Below are positions 10,191 to 18,794 of a DNA stretch of 64,000 bases, piece after piece. Every line of letters starts with the position of its first letter. The stretch's first letter is position 1. The notes under the pieces were generated by a model that searched no databases, was not told the DNA's origin, and saw only the letters and a list, made by a program, of their open reading frames with translations. A program made the translations under genes and the position numbers. Origin of the DNA: Patescibacteria group bacterium (GTDB taxonomy: Bacteria; Patescibacteriota; Patescibacteriia; UBA1558; GWA2-36-10); NCBI GenBank assembly GCA_041665545.1, contig JBAYIQ010000001.1:222448-286447 (forward strand). The letters run 5' to 3'.

Positions 10191-10772
10191 TTATTTTTTA
10201 AACACTAAATTTTTTTCTTCTTCTATTCCCATCTTTTTACAATAGTCTTGATAGACTCGACGATAAGCAATGGTAATCCTTTCTTTATCTTCTAATCCTA
10301 ATTTTTTTATCATCTGATCTATTTCTTCCTTCTGTCCTTCTATCTCCATATAGCAACCGAAGGGCAAGGTGTCTATAACTATGCTTAAGTTGGCCCACTC
10401 TTTACTCTCCCAAGTTTGCCTGTACTTTTCATCAATCAGCACCTCGGTCAAACCAAGGATGGCCAACATTTTGACTAATTCTTCGGCATCTTCCACCCAA
10501 ATTTCATGTTCTTCTCTTTGAAAAAATTTCATTTCTCTGTCATCTACACCTTTTTGTTCTACCGGCTTAACCTTGATTGTAAATCTAGTTTTATCACCCT
10601 CAATTCTTACTCTGGGATATATGCCTTTTTTGAATAATCCCTCATTGGGAGTGGTTACCAAATAAGTTTTGTGAAAAACGGAATCTTTGACTGACCAACC
10701 TAAGTATTGCAATTTTTCTTGCACTTCCTCTTTATTATCTAGGCAAATTTTTATTTCTATTTCTTTGTTCAT
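10191..10772 (-). CDS. CYTH-domain protein (triphosphate tunnel metalloenzyme, class IV adenylate cyclase-like)
   Basis: 193 aa. N-terminal EIEIK motif, a CYTH hallmark, plus a downstream REEHEI acidic motif. It is a paralog of the ORF at 13110-13685. Confidence 0.6.
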   Translation of the reverse strand: MNKEIEIKICLDNKEEVQEKLQYLGWSVKDSVFHKTYLVTTPNEGLFKKGIYPRVRIEGDKTRFTIKVKPVEQKGVDDREMKFFQREEHEIWVEDAEELVKMLAILGLTEVLIDEKYRQTWESKEWANLSIVIDTLPFGCYMEIEGQKEEIDQMIKKLGLEDKERITIAYRRVYQDYCKKMGIEEEKNLVFKK

Positions 10773-10783
10773 ATATCAAGAAA

Positions 10784-11419
10784 TTATTCTATAAATTTCG
10801 CAAATGATTTTTTATTAAATTTAAAATTGTATATTTTGTAAAATTGAAACGAAAACTTTTTTTCGCTAATTTCTGATTTAATATTCAAACTTTTTATTAA
10901 ACTAACAATTTTTTTCTTACCGTATTTTTTGATCAAAAACTCTACCCAATATTGACCGACCATATAAACATCCGAGTCACTTTTGTTAAAATAATCAAAG
11001 ACATTTAGTAATTTTTCTTGATCACTGTTTTTAATCAACAATTCTTTGCCCGAAAGATAGCTAGCCAATCCTTCATTTAACCAAAAAGGGTGATGACTTT
11101 TGCTTATTTGTGTATAGTAAATATGGCTATATTCATGTTTTAGTGTTTGCCAAAAATCTTTGGCGTTATGATTTGATTCTTTGGCAAAAATTTTTCTGTT
11201 TAAAATATAAATACTGTTATTTTTACTTACCCCGACAAACCACTTAGCTGTTTTTCTACCGACAATCAAATCCAAATCCTGACGACTGCCCACAAAGCAT
11301 AACAAAGGATCAACAATTTTGAAATCAAAAAAAGTATCAAATTCACGCTTAGTCGCACTTAAAAAGCTAACTAACTTTTTATCGACTTTTGCTGATTTTA
11401 GATTAATATATTGGTTCAT
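10784..11419 (-). CDS. Hypothetical protein with an HExxH motif (putative zinc metallopeptidase)
   Basis: 211 aa with HEYSH and a downstream WLNEGLASY. No other family signature recognised. Confidence 0.35.
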   Translation of the reverse strand: MNQYINLKSAKVDKKLVSFLSATKREFDTFFDFKIVDPLLCFVGSRQDLDLIVGRKTAKWFVGVSKNNSIYILNRKIFAKESNHNAKDFWQTLKHEYSHIYYTQISKSHHPFWLNEGLASYLSGKELLIKNSDQEKLLNVFDYFNKSDSDVYMVGQYWVEFLIKKYGKKKIVSLIKSLNIKSEISEKKFSFQFYKIYNFKFNKKSFAKFIE

Positions 11420-11473
11420 ATGTCAAAAAATTATAAATTTTGTTGGGGAGAAATATTGACTACTCCTCCCCAT

Positions 11474-13126
11474 TTAAACAACGTCCCAAGTGTCACGAAT
11501 CAACCGCTTAGCTTCTTTCTCAGCTTTCGCTAAGTAAGACGCTAAACTTGTCTGCCTGACAAGGCCACCTTCTGATATCAGATAGGTTTCAGTACTCTTG
11601 AATCTTTCCAAGAAATAGCGATCATGGGAAACCAAGATCACTGTCCCTTGGTAGTGCTGGACTACCTCCTCCAAGGCATCCAGTGCTTCCAAATCAAGGT
11701 GATTGGTGGGCTCATCAAGCAACAAAACATTTACCGACAGACTGGAAAAAATTGCCAATAGCAGTCTAGCCCTACCACCGGGCGACAGATCAGCAACTTT
11801 CTTATCAAGCTCCTCTGCCTGAAAACCATATCTGACTGCTAGAGCATAAGCATCTTGCCTTGCCAATTTGCCCCGCTTCATCAAACAGTCCTTCATGCTA
11901 TCAGTACGCGGCAAATTATCGTGCTCTTGCATCAGATTACCCATGACTAGAGAGGTGCCCAAGACAACAGAACCAGCAAGCGGAATCAATTGTCCGCTTA
12001 TGGTTTTGAGCAAAGTGGACTTACCTGAGCCATTCGGACCAATTATCGCCAATCGACTGCCATATGGCACAAACAAAGAAACTGGTCCAATGCTGAAGCC
12101 CTGGCTATAGCCAGCCACTACTTCATTGAGCGCGATATCTCGCGTTCCACCGGGCTTTTGGGGCTCAAGCTCGATGCGAAACATTTCTCGCTCCACTGGC
12201 TTGGCCACAGAATCCATGTGCTCAATCCGCTTCTCAATGGCTTTGGCGGTTTTGCCAGAACCAGCTGAACGATCTCGTTTGAAGCCTCGCAAGTACTTGT
12301 CATTGTCTTTGCCTCGATAACACGCGCCTTGCGTGGCCTCAACGCGCTTGGCTCTAGCTGACTCAGTCAACCTCCTTATTTCCTCCTGTTGCGCCATGAA
12401 GACTTCCAACTGATGCTCTCGTTCTTTGCCCGCTCTAGCCAGATACTCTGAGTACAGGCCATTGGTTATGGTCAACTGACGAGTATACCAGTCAATCTCC
12501 ATGATCTTGTGCACCACACGATCAAGAAAAAGACGGTCATGCGAGACAACTAAGCAAATGGCTTTGGACTTGGTAAGGAAATGCTCGAGCCAGATCAAAG
12601 CTGGTAAATCAAGATTGTTGGTTGGCTCATCCAACAAAAGCAAGTCAGCGTCAGCCAGCAGTACTCCGGCCATAAACACTTTACTTTTCTGCCCAGCAGA
12701 CAAGGTGTTTATCGGTCGATCACCAGCGAGCAGACGAAGACCAAGGCCAGCCAAGACTAGCTCCAGGCGGTGCTGGAAACCATAGCCATTTCTTCGCTCG
12801 TACTCAACTTGCGCATCCGAAGATGAGTCCAAACATTGCTCCAATGAAGCCATGCCCGAGACTCTGTGCAGATACTGCTCTACGGTCTCCTCAGAAACCA
12901 AGCTGGTGTCCTGAGGCAGATAAGCAAAAACTAGCCCCTTTCTTTTTTTGACAGTACCGCTGTCTGGCTCCACAACTCCGGCTAATATTTTTAGCAGAGT
13001 TGATTTGCCAGTGCCGTTGTTACCCACCAAGGCGACTTTTTGCCCCCTTTCCAAAGAAAAAGAAACATTGTCTAGAACCGTAATCGTGCCGAACACTTTG
13101 CTAACTTTTTCAACCTTGAGTTCCAT
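11474..13126 (-). CDS. ABC-F family ATPase with two ABC domains and no transmembrane domain
   Basis: 550 aa. Two Walker A sites (GNNGTGKST and GPNGSGKST) and two LSGGQ-like signatures (LSAGQKSK, LSPGGRARL). The gene is visibly more GC-rich (about 45-50%) than its neighbours. Confidence 0.85.
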   Translation of the reverse strand: MELKVEKVSKVFGTITVLDNVSFSLERGQKVALVGNNGTGKSTLLKILAGVVEPDSGTVKKRKGLVFAYLPQDTSLVSEETVEQYLHRVSGMASLEQCLDSSSDAQVEYERRNGYGFQHRLELVLAGLGLRLLAGDRPINTLSAGQKSKVFMAGVLLADADLLLLDEPTNNLDLPALIWLEHFLTKSKAICLVVSHDRLFLDRVVHKIMEIDWYTRQLTITNGLYSEYLARAGKEREHQLEVFMAQQEEIRRLTESARAKRVEATQGACYRGKDNDKYLRGFKRDRSAGSGKTAKAIEKRIEHMDSVAKPVEREMFRIELEPQKPGGTRDIALNEVVAGYSQGFSIGPVSLFVPYGSRLAIIGPNGSGKSTLLKTISGQLIPLAGSVVLGTSLVMGNLMQEHDNLPRTDSMKDCLMKRGKLARQDAYALAVRYGFQAEELDKKVADLSPGGRARLLLAIFSSLSVNVLLLDEPTNHLDLEALDALEEVVQHYQGTVILVSHDRYFLERFKSTETYLISEGGLVRQTSLASYLAKAEKEAKRLIRDTWDVV

Positions 13127-13685
13127 GATTAATTTTTTTTAACATCAACTCTGGCTTACCAATAAGTAACTCTTCGCCCATTTTTAAATTCAATGATTTC
13201 ATAAATTCCCAAATCTCTGTCTTTGCTTTTTTTACGTCCGTAGTATTTTCTGAATTTATTATTTCCACTTCTAAAAATAACCCTAAATTTTCCACTTCCT
13301 CCAACATTATTTCATAATTATCATACACAAAATAATTTTTATGGCTTTTTACTTCTACTAATTTTTTTAACCCCAAATTATTAATAATATTAACAGCTGT
13401 GTCAAAATCCGATATTTTTATTTCATGCTCCTCGGAGTAAAGCCAATCTCCAGAATCTTCAAATTGATTTATTTTATAAGTTAAATAATACTCATTATTT
13501 TTATTTCTCAAGCGAAAACATTCCCTTAAAATACCCTTGCTGACTGGCTGTAAATTTTTCCTTTGAGGATCAAAATAATAAATATCATAAGTATCTTTAA
13601 GACCCTTGAAGTTAAATTTTTCTAATTTAGTTAAAGCTGACTGCTGATCATCAAAAACTTCAACTAAAATTTCTATTTCTTTCAT
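13110..13685 (-). CDS. CYTH-domain protein, paralog of 10191-10772
   Basis: 191 aa starting MKEIEILVEV (ExExK-type motif) with SEEHEIKISD matching REEHEIWVED of the paralog. Its 3' end overlaps the ABC-F start by 17 nt. Confidence 0.5.
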   Translation of the reverse strand: MKEIEILVEVFDDQQSALTKLEKFNFKGLKDTYDIYYFDPQRKNLQPVSKGILRECFRLRNKNNEYYLTYKINQFEDSGDWLYSEEHEIKISDFDTAVNIINNLGLKKLVEVKSHKNYFVYDNYEIMLEEVENLGLFLEVEIINSENTTDVKKAKTEIWEFMKSLNLKMGEELLIGKPELMLKKINHGTQG

Positions 13686-13703
13686 TTGTCTGATTCATTA
13701 TTT

Positions 13704-14240
13704 CTATAATAATTTCAAGTAATCCAAAGCCAAATAACCAACCTCTATGTCCGTCATTTCCCCGCTTCTTAATAAATCCCTAAATTTATCCAAATCCATC
13801 AATACAACTTCAGCAAATTCTGTAAGCTCAAGATTTTGCTCAGCTACCCTTTCACAATCCTCAGCTACAATACAATACCTATGCATATTGGAGTAAGCAT
13901 CATCATAACTATCAGTTATCAACTTCATTTTTCCTTTATATCCAGTCTCTTCCAGTAATTCTCTTGTAGCACATTCAATTGGATCTTCGTCTTTATTTAA
14001 AAATCCACCTGGCAATTCAAAAAATATTTTTTTTGGCCCTGGTCTAAACTGTTTTGCTAATATTATTTCTTTATTCTTTGTAATTGGCAACACGCAAACA
14101 GCGGGCCCCTCTTTTTTTATATAAAAATCACTTTGTTCACCATTTGGTAATTTGAATATAATTTTTTCTATACCACGACCATATTTTTGAAAAACAGACT
14201 CTCTAGAGATTTCTTCCCAATTTTTTATTTCTTTTGCCAT
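13704..14240 (-). CDS. NUDIX hydrolase (ADP-ribose pyrophosphatase-like)
   Basis: 178 aa with Nudix box PGGFLNKDEDPIECATRELLEETGY. Confidence 0.75.
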   Translation of the reverse strand: MAKEIKNWEEISRESVFQKYGRGIEKIIFKLPNGEQSDFYIKKEGPAVCVLPITKNKEIILAKQFRPGPKKIFFELPGGFLNKDEDPIECATRELLEETGYKGKMKLITDSYDDAYSNMHRYCIVAEDCERVAEQNLELTEFAEVVLMDLDKFRDLLRSGEMTDIEVGYLALDYLKLL

Positions 14241-14366
14241 ATTATTTAATTTTTAATTGTAATTTTTTTAGTAAATATTTATGATAATTTTTTTTACTAG
14301 CCAACCACCCCTTAACATGCTCTATACTAACTACCATTCAGGGGGCTTATTTGGGTCATATAATGC

Positions 14367-15044
14367 TTACTTTGCTAAACAAATTGGTGTAGATAAATAT
14401 TCTAATATATTAATTTTACTATACTTCAGTGAAAATTGATCTATTGAACACACGGCGATTTCAGTTTTTCCATCTAACTCAAAATATTTCACGAACCATT
14501 TTTTAGATTTTTCTCTATAGCCAATCTTAATGTTATTTTTTATTCTAACAACATTAACCTCCTTTAGCGAAATATTTAGACCACATCCTATTGCCTTACA
14601 GTAACTTTCTTTAGCAGTCCATAATTTGCATAAAGACAATTTTGTATCAACCTTACTAAAATAGTCCCGATCCGATACAAAAATAGATTTAGTTTTTGTA
14701 TTTATTCTTTCTATCTCTTCTATATCTGCTCCAACAAGATCTTCGCCCAAAACAAGAACTCCGTATTTGTCATTATGTGAAAAATTAAAATAATACCCCT
14801 TCTGTTTTCTGAAGAATGGTTTTCCAAATTCATTGGTTATTATTTCATCATTGTCATATCTTAATCTATAATTTTTATACATAAATTCTCTGAGTAAAAA
14901 ATCGTCAATAATAGCTGTGCATTTTTCTTTATAAGTCCACTTTTGTAAAATACTCTTTTTTGAATAGTCTGAAGTATAATTCAAAAGATTTCTGTAAATA
15001 TCTGATGGGATGTTTACTTTTTCGTATAGATATAAATAAACCAT
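14367..15044 (-). CDS. 4'-phosphopantetheinyl transferase, Sfp type
   Basis: 225 aa with PPTase motifs FNFSHNDKYGVLVLG...GADIEEI and WTAKESYCKAIG. Confidence 0.7.
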   Translation of the reverse strand: MVYLYLYEKVNIPSDIYRNLLNYTSDYSKKSILQKWTYKEKCTAIIDDFLLREFMYKNYRLRYDNDEIITNEFGKPFFRKQKGYYFNFSHNDKYGVLVLGEDLVGADIEEIERINTKTKSIFVSDRDYFSKVDTKLSLCKLWTAKESYCKAIGCGLNISLKEVNVVRIKNNIKIGYREKSKKWFVKYFELDGKTEIAVCSIDQFSLKYSKINILEYLSTPICLAK

Positions 15045-15090
15045 AATTACGTGGGGCTATAATATTATTTTAAAAACCAACCAATCGTCT

Positions 15091-15711
15091 TTATGTATGT
15101 TTTGTATTATTTAAAAGAATGAACCTAACTAAATTATTAAATATTTCCATTCCTTCATTTTGAGGACTTATATTTTCTGGGTGAAATTGAAAGCCAAATT
15201 GTTGTTTTCCTTGAACTTGGATAATTTCACAACCATCAATAGAACTAGCCAGGCAAACAAGAGTTTCTGGAATTTCTTGAACCCCAAATCGATGTTTTTC
15301 TGAGACAGTATAATCATTTTTATTTTGAAAAATTGAATGTCTGGCTTTGGCTGTAATTTTTACCAAACCTTCTCGTTTCTGAGATAATTTAACTAATTTA
15401 GCACCATAAGCATAACATAAAACTTGAAACCCATAGCAAATACCAATCACCGGAATAGAGGTATTACGAATGAGTTCAATCTCATCGATGTTTTCCGAAG
15501 CATTTAAAGAATGACCATCTGATAAAATAATTAATTGACAATCATTAAGGTCACAATTTTTTATATCTTGAAACATAATGTTTCTAACTTTATATCCAGT
15601 TAACAAAGTAACGTATTCGCTTAGCGAATCTGCGCCGTTATCAATCAATGCTACATTTACCGAAGCGATATTCCTTTCTGTTGTATTATAATTTTCTATC
15701 ACTTGTCTCAT
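15091..15711 (-). CDS. Class I glutamine amidotransferase, stand-alone (PabA/TrpG-like fold)
   Basis: 206 aa. Catalytic triad context GICYGFQ (Cys) and FQFHPE (His, Glu). Confidence 0.65.
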   Translation of the reverse strand: MRQVIENYNTTERNIASVNVALIDNGADSLSEYVTLLTGYKVRNIMFQDIKNCDLNDCQLIILSDGHSLNASENIDEIELIRNTSIPVIGICYGFQVLCYAYGAKLVKLSQKREGLVKITAKARHSIFQNKNDYTVSEKHRFGVQEIPETLVCLASSIDGCEIIQVQGKQQFGFQFHPENISPQNEGMEIFNNLVRFILLNNTKHT

Positions 15712-15713
15712 AA

Positions 15714-16625
15714 TTATATTAAATTATTAAATAATATTGAAAATTTTTCTACGCATCCTGGATTAAATATTGAAAAATGATCTCCCTTAATAGGATGAAT
15801 CTTTATGGGATGTTCTGAATATAAATTCCACTCATACTTTCGTTTAACGGGGCTATCATTCGCCTCGAAAAAATGAATATCAGCATTGACCTTACGTGCA
15901 GGCATATAAAATGCCTGAGCATTTGCATCTGTCCTCATAACATTCAAATAGTAAATCAGATCGCGAAAACTAATATTATCAAAATATGGAATTGCCTTAG
16001 CCCTGTCTTCGGGAATATCCTGCTTAATAACCTCCATCAAAGCACTTTGATATTTAGACATACCAAACATTTCAACAAAAATCTTCCACATATGTTCTTT
16101 ATTGTAACATAATTCATTGTTTATATTAGTAGACTTGATTTGTGATAACCACTTATGAATTAATATTTTTTCTGTCCCCAAATCAAAGCGTGACTTTTTA
16201 TTTGGATTTTTATTCGGTTCAAGTAATGCATAATCATTAACCATGTTTATCATCTGTTTGTCATCAATAATTGGTGGCGCAGAATTAATTATCGACAAAA
16301 AATCAATTTTTTCACCAATTGATTCAAGTTGTAATGCAATTTCAAATGCCCTCACCCCTCCAAAACACCAACCTGCCAATAAATATGGCCCACAGGATTG
16401 AATTTTTTTAATTTGCTTCAAATAAGATCTTGCCATTGACGAAATAGATCTATTTTTAGGAGAAAAATCATTAAACCTATCGGCTCTTAACCCCCAACAA
16501 TTTATTTCCGATGAAAAAGATGAGCAAAACAAAACATAATGCTGAATTTCACCATTTCCTGCGTGAATTAAAAATAAATTTTTATTTGAATTCGTTCCCT
16601 TTTTGAGAAAAACGACATTATTCAT
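15714..16625 (-). CDS. Type II thioesterase-like alpha/beta hydrolase with a Cys in the nucleophile position (GWCFGG instead of GxSxG)
   Basis: 303 aa. The pattern LFLIHAGNGE ... GPYLLAGWCFGGVRAFEIALQLESIG matches the thioesterase-domain consensus GPYxLxGxSxGGxxAxExAxxLE, but with Cys replacing Ser. Confidence 0.65.
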   Translation of the reverse strand: MNNVVFLKKGTNSNKNLFLIHAGNGEIQHYVLFCSSFSSEINCWGLRADRFNDFSPKNRSISSMARSYLKQIKKIQSCGPYLLAGWCFGGVRAFEIALQLESIGEKIDFLSIINSAPPIIDDKQMINMVNDYALLEPNKNPNKKSRFDLGTEKILIHKWLSQIKSTNINNELCYNKEHMWKIFVEMFGMSKYQSALMEVIKQDIPEDRAKAIPYFDNISFRDLIYYLNVMRTDANAQAFYMPARKVNADIHFFEANDSPVKRKYEWNLYSEHPIKIHPIKGDHFSIFNPGCVEKFSILFNNLI

Positions 16626-16626
16626 T

Positions 16627-18456
16627 TTATTTTTGGTTTTTAATTATATACTCAGCTTGTTTTTCTATTGTAGGTAAGTTTATAATATCATTAATGGCGA
16701 CATCAATCTTGAATTTATTTTGTAATTCTAAAGCCAATGAAGTCAACAATAATGAATTTCCGCCCACCTTGCTAAATTCTGTCTTAGTACCACAAACATC
16801 AATATTTAACAATTTTTTCCAAATTTTTACTATATTACGCTCTACTGCATTCTTTGGTTTAACATTTTTTTCTTCTCCAAAATTAGGTTTAAAGGTATCC
16901 ACAATAAATTTTCGATCAATCTTTCCAGTGGCGGTTAATGGCACGCTGTCAAGTTGATAAAAATAAGTTGGAATCATATAAGACGGTAATGTTTTTAGCA
17001 AATATTCTTTTATTAAATCTGAACTTACAGATTTATTACCCTTAGTAGTATAGTAAGCAATAATTTGAGATTCTTTTTCTTCGTGTATAATCGGCATCAC
17101 AACACTCTTATCAATAAAATAAAAATTATCTATTACGGATTCAATTTCATTCAATTCTATTCTATACCCTTTAATTTTAATTTGAAAATCATTCCTTCCC
17201 AGAAATTCAATCGGCCCACCAACCATTTTCCTACCCAAATCTCCTGTCTTAAATACTCTGCCTCGCTTCGTCACTGGATCAGTTATAAATACCGCATTAG
17301 TCTTTTCTTGCTGATTTAAATAACCTAACGCAAGATAATCGCTCTTATAAACTAACTCGCCAATTTCACCATTTTTGACCTCCCGACCATTATTATCCAA
17401 AAGATACACTTTGGTATCTTCTACCGGATAACCAACGGGAACGGTAGCCTGATTTATTTTGGTGGTTTTATCAATAAAGTACTGCAGAGTAACTGTGGAT
17501 TCAGTTGGCCCCAATCCATTAATAAAAACGCAGTTATCATTGAAATGCAATTTATAAGCTTCAACATCATTTATTAAAACTGACTCTCCTCCCATTACCA
17601 CCAACCGGACACTATCCATTAAATTTTTTTCCTTTATATTGCTAATAAAATAACGATATAAGGTTGGAACTGAGTGAAAAATAGTTATTTTTTCTTTTCC
17701 AATCCAAGCGGTTAATTTTTCGACTGCACCTAATTCCTTCATGTCGTAAGGATACAATGTTGCCCCATTTAATAAGGCACCAAAGATATCCATAATAGAT
17801 GCATCAAAACCATATGTTGAGAATAAGGTAAGTTTATCAAAGGGACTAATTTCTAGATTATTAGTATACGTACGGATAAAATGTAAAACATTGCGGTGAT
17901 TTTGAATAACACCCTTTGGTTTTCCTGTTGATCCTGAAGTATATAATATATAAGCACATTGAGAAGGGTCTATCATTATCCCTAAATTTTTCGCTTCTTC
18001 CTCATTATCAAGTTCATCCACATTAATGATAAAAACCCGCTTATTTGGCAAATCAATCGTGAGACTTTTGGCTAAATTATAGTTAAGATTATTGGTCAAA
18101 ATAATATCCCCACCTGAATCAGAAACTATATACTCAAGTCGATCTAACGGATGAGCAGGATCAAGAGGAACATAAGCATTCCCTGATTTAAGAACAGCTA
18201 TAATTGCAATAATCATTTGAAAATCATGTTCGAATAATAAATATACTCGCTGAGAAATTCCTTCTTTATTGTACTTTAATATTTGATTGGCAACTATATT
18301 CGCTTTATTATTAAGCTCTTGATAAGAAAGGACACGAGTCTTAGTTACTATAGCATTCTTAATTGAAAAATCGGCAACCTGATTTTCAAATCGGGTTACT
18401 ATGGATTGATTTATTTCTTCTTTAGGAAATTGATTATTATTCTTATTTATTTTCAT
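16627..18456 (-). CDS. Stand-alone NRPS-like adenylation plus peptidyl-carrier (A-T) didomain protein
   Basis: 609 aa. Adenylation motifs A3 YTSGSTGKPKGV, A4 FDAS, A5 NGLGPTESTV, A7 FKTGDLG and A8 GRNDFQIKIKGYRIELNEIE, plus a C-terminal carrier motif FSKVGGNSLLLTSL (phosphopantetheine-binding Ser). Confidence 0.85.
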   Translation of the reverse strand: MKINKNNNQFPKEEINQSIVTRFENQVADFSIKNAIVTKTRVLSYQELNNKANIVANQILKYNKEGISQRVYLLFEHDFQMIIAIIAVLKSGNAYVPLDPAHPLDRLEYIVSDSGGDIILTNNLNYNLAKSLTIDLPNKRVFIINVDELDNEEEAKNLGIMIDPSQCAYILYTSGSTGKPKGVIQNHRNVLHFIRTYTNNLEISPFDKLTLFSTYGFDASIMDIFGALLNGATLYPYDMKELGAVEKLTAWIGKEKITIFHSVPTLYRYFISNIKEKNLMDSVRLVVMGGESVLINDVEAYKLHFNDNCVFINGLGPTESTVTLQYFIDKTTKINQATVPVGYPVEDTKVYLLDNNGREVKNGEIGELVYKSDYLALGYLNQQEKTNAVFITDPVTKRGRVFKTGDLGRKMVGGPIEFLGRNDFQIKIKGYRIELNEIESVIDNFYFIDKSVVMPIIHEEKESQIIAYYTTKGNKSVSSDLIKEYLLKTLPSYMIPTYFYQLDSVPLTATGKIDRKFIVDTFKPNFGEEKNVKPKNAVERNIVKIWKKLLNIDVCGTKTEFSKVGGNSLLLTSLALELQNKFKIDVAINDIINLPTIEKQAEYIIKNQK

Positions 18457-18740
18457 AGTTTACTCAGTTTCTAGAATCTAGCTTAATAGCACTGTTAACT
18501 AGTTGATTAAAAACTTGGTGGGTATTTTTAAAAACTCAGAACTTATCTGATTAACCCGCTGGTATTTTCATTAGCACCTCGTCCCCAGGGGCTTCTTAAA
18601 TAAGTAAAATAAACCCTGGCTCTTGTTGATATTAATAAACGGTTTGTTTTGAGCCATTGCTCTACCTTGAAGTTCCATGAGATTATCATACAGCCGTCTA
18701 TATGATTATAGCCGTCTATTTACACACTTTCATTATAGAC

Positions 18741-18768
18741 CAAACAAAAAAGCTGTCAAGAGACAGCT
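18741..18768 (-). terminator. Rho-independent terminator for the histidine kinase gene
   Basis: Stem agctgtc/gacagct (18751-18768) with a 4-nt loop. On the minus strand it is followed by tttttgtttg. Confidence 0.5.
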
Positions 18769-18794
18769 AAAAATCACTAAATTTTTTCTTTTAG

